DNA from: Lachnospiraceae bacterium
Lineage (GTDB): Bacteria; Bacillota; Clostridia; Lachnospirales; Lachnospiraceae
Reading direction: 5' to 3'
NCBI GenBank assembly: GCA_022768745.1
Contig: JALELK010000107.1
Coordinates: 90,326-154,325, forward strand
DNA: 64,000 nucleotides
In this document: one piece after another, positions 60,290-64,000 of the stretch
How positions within the stretch are numbered: the first letter of the stretch is position 1
How the letters are laid out: every line of letters starts with the position of its first letter
Notes under the pieces: generated by a model
Told to the model about the DNA's origin: nothing
Databases searched by the model: none
The model's input: only the letters and a program-made list of their open reading frames with translations
Program-made: the position numbers and the translations under genes

Positions 60290-60844
60290 ATGCGTGTAAT
60301 TGCGGGCTCGAGAAAACGCCTTCCTTTAAAAACGGTTCCGGGGACAAACACTCGGCCAACCACAGATCGTATTAAAGAAACGATTTTTAATATGATGGCA
60401 AATGATATTTATGATTGTAATTTTTTGGATTTGTTTTCAGGAAGTGGACAGATGGGGATAGAGGCTTTGAGTCGAGGAGCCAGGACGGCTTATTTTGTGG
60501 AAAAAGACAAAAAAGCAATCCAGTGCATCAGAGACAACTTGTCTTTTACAAAGCTTTCTGAACAGGCTGTTGTTATGGGAATGGATATTAGGGTTGCCTT
60601 GGCTAACCTGAGGGACAAAGAAAAATTTCAAGTGATTTTTATGGATCCGCCATATCATTTGGAATTAGAAGAATCAACATTGCAACAGATTTATGACTGT
60701 AATTTATTGGATGAAGATGGATATATTGTTGTTGAAGCAGATATAAATACGGATTTTTCTTTTGTAGAGCAGATAGGATTTGACATTATTCAAGAAAAAA
60801 GCTATAAAACCAATAAGCATGTTTTTTTAGAACGGAAGAATTAG
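60290..60844 (+). CDS. rsmD: 16S rRNA m2G966 methyltransferase
   Basis: MRVIAG, RPT.DR.KE, LDLFSGSG, EALSRGA and DPPY motifs. Confidence 0.95.
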   Translation: MRVIAGSRKRLPLKTVPGTNTRPTTDRIKETIFNMMANDIYDCNFLDLFSGSGQMGIEALSRGARTAYFVEKDKKAIQCIRDNLSFTKLSEQAVVMGMDIRVALANLRDKEKFQVIFMDPPYHLELEESTLQQIYDCNLLDEDGYIVVEADINTDFSFVEQIGFDIIQEKSYKTNKHVFLERKN

Positions 60845-60850
60845 AGGCAC

Positions 60851-61333
60851 ATGATGAAAAAAGCGATTTATCCCGGAAGTTTTGACCCGATGACCTTCGG
60901 ACATTTAGATATTATAGAACGATCTTCAAAGATTTTTGATGAAGTTGTAATTGGTATATTGAATAACAGTGCAAAAAAGTCACTTTTTTCTGTAGAGGAA
61001 AGAGTGGAAATAGCAAGGGATTTAACGAAACAATATGGCAATGTCACAGTGGATTCCTTTGATGGTCTTATGGTTGATTATGCCAAGAGTATTGGAGCAA
61101 ATATAGTGATTCGAGGACTGAGAGCAGTGACGGATTTTGATTATGAAATTCAGATTGCCCAGACCAATAAGGTGCAGTATCCAGAGTTAGAGACCATTTT
61201 TATGACGACTGCATTGAATTATTCCTATTTGAGTTCGACTATCGTTCGAGAATTTGCATCTTACGGAGGAGATATCAGTCGTTTTGTACCGGCAGAAATC
61301 ATTCCGAAAATCAAAGCAAAATATAATGTATAG
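60851..61333 (+). CDS. coaD: Phosphopantetheine adenylyltransferase
   Basis: YPGSFDP.T.GH and RGLR...DF.YE motifs. Confidence 0.97.
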   Translation: MMKKAIYPGSFDPMTFGHLDIIERSSKIFDEVVIGILNNSAKKSLFSVEERVEIARDLTKQYGNVTVDSFDGLMVDYAKSIGANIVIRGLRAVTDFDYEIQIAQTNKVQYPELETIFMTTALNYSYLSSTIVREFASYGGDISRFVPAEIIPKIKAKYNV

Positions 61334-61347
61334 AAGGAGATTGTGTT

Positions 61348-62025
61348 ATGGCAAGTGGTATTGAAGGAATTATTGATGAAATTGAGGAGTATATTGATGG
61401 ATGTAAGCCTTCCGCATTTTCTCCATCAAAAATTGTAGTTAACAGGGATGAGTTGGATACTCTTTTGGAAGAACTGAGAACCAAGACCCCTGAAGAAATC
61501 AAACGTTATCAGAAGATTATCAGTAATAAAGAAGCAATTCTTGCAGATGCCCAGAATAAAGCGGATGCCATTATTGCCCAGGCTCAGATTCAAACCAACG
61601 AGTTGGTAAGTGAGCATCAGATTATGCAACAGGCATATGCAAAGGCAAATGAGGTTGTTATGCTTGCAACGAAAAATGCCCAGGAGCTTTTGGACAAGGC
61701 AACACAGGATGCCAATAGCATTCGTATGGGAGCAATTGCGTACACCGATGATTTGTTGAATACCATTGAGAGTGTAATTACAAACTCTATGGAGACCACA
61801 CAGGCAAGAACAGAGAATTATTTGCAGACAATGCAAGGATATTTGGACGTTGTGATTGCCAACCGTCAGGAATTGGCACCACAGCCGGAACCGACACCAG
61901 CAGCAAATCCGGCACCTCAGCAGAATACCGTATCTGCCGGTGATGCAAAAAACCAGGAAACAGGTGACAAAGAAGAGGATGTTCCTGCACTTTCCATACC
62001 GGAATCTTTTTTTAACAAAGAATAA
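61348..62025 (+). CDS. Conserved coiled-coil protein downstream of coaD
   Basis: P.EIKR....I...E.IL..A...A..II..A helical pattern and a Pro-rich tail; function not assignable. Confidence 0.8.
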   Translation: MASGIEGIIDEIEEYIDGCKPSAFSPSKIVVNRDELDTLLEELRTKTPEEIKRYQKIISNKEAILADAQNKADAIIAQAQIQTNELVSEHQIMQQAYAKANEVVMLATKNAQELLDKATQDANSIRMGAIAYTDDLLNTIESVITNSMETTQARTENYLQTMQGYLDVVIANRQELAPQPEPTPAANPAPQQNTVSAGDAKNQETGDKEEDVPALSIPESFFNKE

Positions 62026-62938
62026 GCATTATAGCCATTGTGATGGTGGCTGTAATCCCGCTGAATATTATTTTATGACAGAGATAGGCTTTGATGGATA
62101 GCCTGTATCCGTTTATGATTGACTTTGTTTGCATCAGTGTACATAGTCCTCCGAATGTTAAAAGAGGCATACTTAGGAGATATTTTACGCTGGTAAGGGT
62201 TGGAAGCAGGGATAATTCCCGTATTCCGCTGGTGATTTCTAAAATGGAAATCAGGTAAACTTTGATAGCATGGGGAAGAAAAGATATGTGTGCCATATAG
62301 GCGCATATGATTCCAAAAGCAAGGAGATATCCTCCCAAAATCATAATTGTTTCAAATCCATTTAAAATTGAGATATCTAAGATTTGAAAACAATTTTTGA
62401 ATCTGGATATCTCTTTTTTTTCGATAGATGGAATTGTTCTATCAAAGGAAGGGATGCGCCACAGTTGAAATAATGAAGTACATAACTGGGGGACGTATAG
62501 GATGATTAATGTAAGTACAAACCATTCACTTTTGTGAATACATTTTGTGAGAAAAAAACCTCCCACGAAAGCCGGGCCGATGGAATTGCAGTTGTTTAAG
62601 AGAATTTGTCCCTGTGTCGGGGAGATTTGATGATTTTTTAATAGATTTGTAGTTATTTTAGCCCCTACCGGCAAACCAAATGTGAAACCGGCAAAGATAT
62701 TAAAAAAAACACAAAATTTTACATAATGCTTTTTTAATCCCTGTGGTAAGATGTTTTCCAACATGCCGAAAATTTCGGGAGACAGTATAAAGTTTGATAA
62801 GATGATAAAGGGCAACAGAGTTGGAACCAGTCCATATAACCAGGTGGACAAGCCGTAGGTCGCTCCTTGGAGAGTGATTTCGGGATTGAAAATTGCAATG
62901 ATAATACAGATAAATAAAAACGAAAAGCCAAGTCTCAT
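62012..62938 (-). CDS. ylbJ: Sporulation integral membrane protein YlbJ-like
   Basis: G...W...L.P.L.PF, G.P.GAK, EIT.G and FGGL....Q motifs; near coaD as in Bacillus. Confidence 0.8.
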   Translation of the reverse strand: MRLGFSFLFICIIIAIFNPEITLQGATYGLSTWLYGLVPTLLPFIILSNFILSPEIFGMLENILPQGLKKHYVKFCVFFNIFAGFTFGLPVGAKITTNLLKNHQISPTQGQILLNNCNSIGPAFVGGFFLTKCIHKSEWFVLTLIILYVPQLCTSLFQLWRIPSFDRTIPSIEKKEISRFKNCFQILDISILNGFETIMILGGYLLAFGIICAYMAHISFLPHAIKVYLISILEITSGIRELSLLPTLTSVKYLLSMPLLTFGGLCTLMQTKSIINGYRLSIKAYLCHKIIFSGITATITMAIMLILC

Positions 62939-62943
62939 ATCTA

Positions 62944-62972
62944 TAGATATGACAACGGGAAAGTGGATATGT
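62944..62972 (-). promoter_or_regulatory. SigE-like promoter of ylbJ
   Basis: Minus strand ACATATC-14 bp-CATATCTA, ending 5 nt before the ATG. Confidence 0.5.
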
Positions 62973-62975
62973 CAA

Positions 62976-63695
62976 ATGCGTTTAGACCGATTTTTAAGTG
63001 AAGCTGGTTTGGGAAGCCGTTCCCAAGTGAAAAAAATATTAAAAGATAACAAAGTACGAGTAAACGGGAGTTTTGTGCAGGATGGAAAATTTCAAGTGAA
63101 TCCTGAGAGTGATGAAGTATTTGTGGGAAATGACAGAATCCTTTATCAGCAATATGAATATTACCTTTTAAATAAACCCAAAGGATGTGTCTGTGCCAAC
63201 AGTGACGGGAAATATCCCACGGTTTTTGACTACGTTCCTATGAATGCCAAGAAAGATTTATTTACAGTGGGGCGGTTGGATTTAGATACGGAAGGTTTAC
63301 TGATTATCACCAATGACGGGGCTTTTTCTCACAGTATTATGAGCCCTAAAAAACATGTAGATAAAACGTATCTTGCCCTCTGGGACAAAGAAGCCACAGC
63401 AGATGATGTGGAGAGTTTTCAGCTTGGAATGGATATTGGAGATGAAAAAACAACCAAACCGGCAAAACTTTCCTGTGATGAGAAATCACCCCGGGATGTA
63501 TATATCACAATATCTGAGGGGCGCTATCATCAGGTAAAACGGATGTCTGCAAAGGTTGGAAAAGAAGTCTTGGAATTAAAAAGACTTCAGGTGGGCAAAT
63601 TTGTTCTGGATGGAAATTTAAAACCGGGAGAATATCGAAAATTTACAAAGGAAGAGTTGGGTTATGTTGAACAATATAAAGGCGGTTCTGTTTGA
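62976..63695 (+). CDS. rsuA: RsuA-family rRNA pseudouridine synthase
   Basis: MRLDRFL S4-domain start, NKPKG, VGRLD.DTEG and EGRYHQVKRM motifs. Confidence 0.9.
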   Translation: MRLDRFLSEAGLGSRSQVKKILKDNKVRVNGSFVQDGKFQVNPESDEVFVGNDRILYQQYEYYLLNKPKGCVCANSDGKYPTVFDYVPMNAKKDLFTVGRLDLDTEGLLIITNDGAFSHSIMSPKKHVDKTYLALWDKEATADDVESFQLGMDIGDEKTTKPAKLSCDEKSPRDVYITISEGRYHQVKRMSAKVGKEVLELKRLQVGKFVLDGNLKPGEYRKFTKEELGYVEQYKGGSV

Positions 63696-64000
63696 TTTGG
63701 ATGGGACTCTGATAGATTCCATGTGGGTTTGGAAACAGATTGATATTGACTATTTGTCTCCTAAAAATCTGGAAATGCCCACAGATTTGCAGCGTAAAAT
63801 TGAAGGAATGAGTATGTTAGAGACGGCAAAGTATTTTCAAAAATACTTTGGAATTACAGATGATTTGGAAACTATGATGCAGACATGGAACCGGATGGCT
63901 ATGGATACCTATTCCTCTCAGGTAAATTATAAAAATGGAGCAGAGGATTTTTTAAAATACTTAAAAAAGCATAATATCAAAACCGGTATTGCCACCAGCA
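63664..64000 (+). CDS. HAD-family phosphatase (3' end outside the window; not in the ORF track)
   Basis: MLNNIKAVLFDLDGTLIDSMWVW contains HAD motif I; the frame stays open to GIATS at the window edge. Confidence 0.9.
   Translation, partial: MLNNIKAVLFDLDGTLIDSMWVWKQIDIDYLSPKNLEMPTDLQRKIEGMSMLETAKYFQKYFGITDDLETMMQTWNRMAMDTYSSQVNYKNGAEDFLKYLKKHNIKTGIATS

Noticed and set aside
298-62975. Many 60-214 aa alternative-frame and antisense ORFs in the track (e.g. 298-942, 15644-16096, 32896-33384)
   Set aside because: They lie inside well-supported genes and show no recognisable motifs; they are best explained as shadow ORFs.
1-64000. CRISPR arrays, IS elements, prophage, defence systems, tRNA or rRNA genes
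   Set aside because: No spaced repeats, transposase, integrase or phage proteins were seen, and no intergenic region shows structural-RNA signatures.

Overview
Core-chromosome segment of a spore-forming, low-GC Firmicute; gene content and order resemble Lachnospiraceae/Clostridiales (inference). It is almost all housekeeping: infB-rbfA-DHH-truB-ribF, a hybrid sensor kinase, an SH3/NlpC-P60 hydrolase, rpsO-pnp, scpAB flanked by two D,D-carboxypeptidases, a five-gene biotin/Na+-decarboxylase operon, cmk-ispH-rpsA-cheR, rnfCDGEAB with apbE, proB/proA, miaB, an EetA/EetB-like pair, ruvAB, zapA, a SEDS/PBP pair, rpmB, fakA, recG, rqcH, yicC-remA-gmk-rpoZ-rimO-pgsA-pncC-rsmD-coaD, ylbJ, rsuA and a truncated HAD gene. 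I saw no tRNA, rRNA, CRISPR array or mobile element. Best leads: (1) a Na+-pump decarboxylase operon with two different carboxyltransferases, one shared biotin carrier, an oversized lipoprotein gamma subunit and a Rex-like operator; (2) pnp broken by two in-frame stops 15 nt apart at the RNase PH1 boundary, which may be an assembly error; (3) an ApbE plus EetA/EetB-like module that may serve Rnf flavinylation; (4) several regulatory signals (WalR box, leaderless genes, an 18-bp palindrome, an internal rpsA promoter); (5) an unannotated Cys-rich small membrane protein. All calls come from reading motifs and synteny by eye; no searches or folding programs were run.
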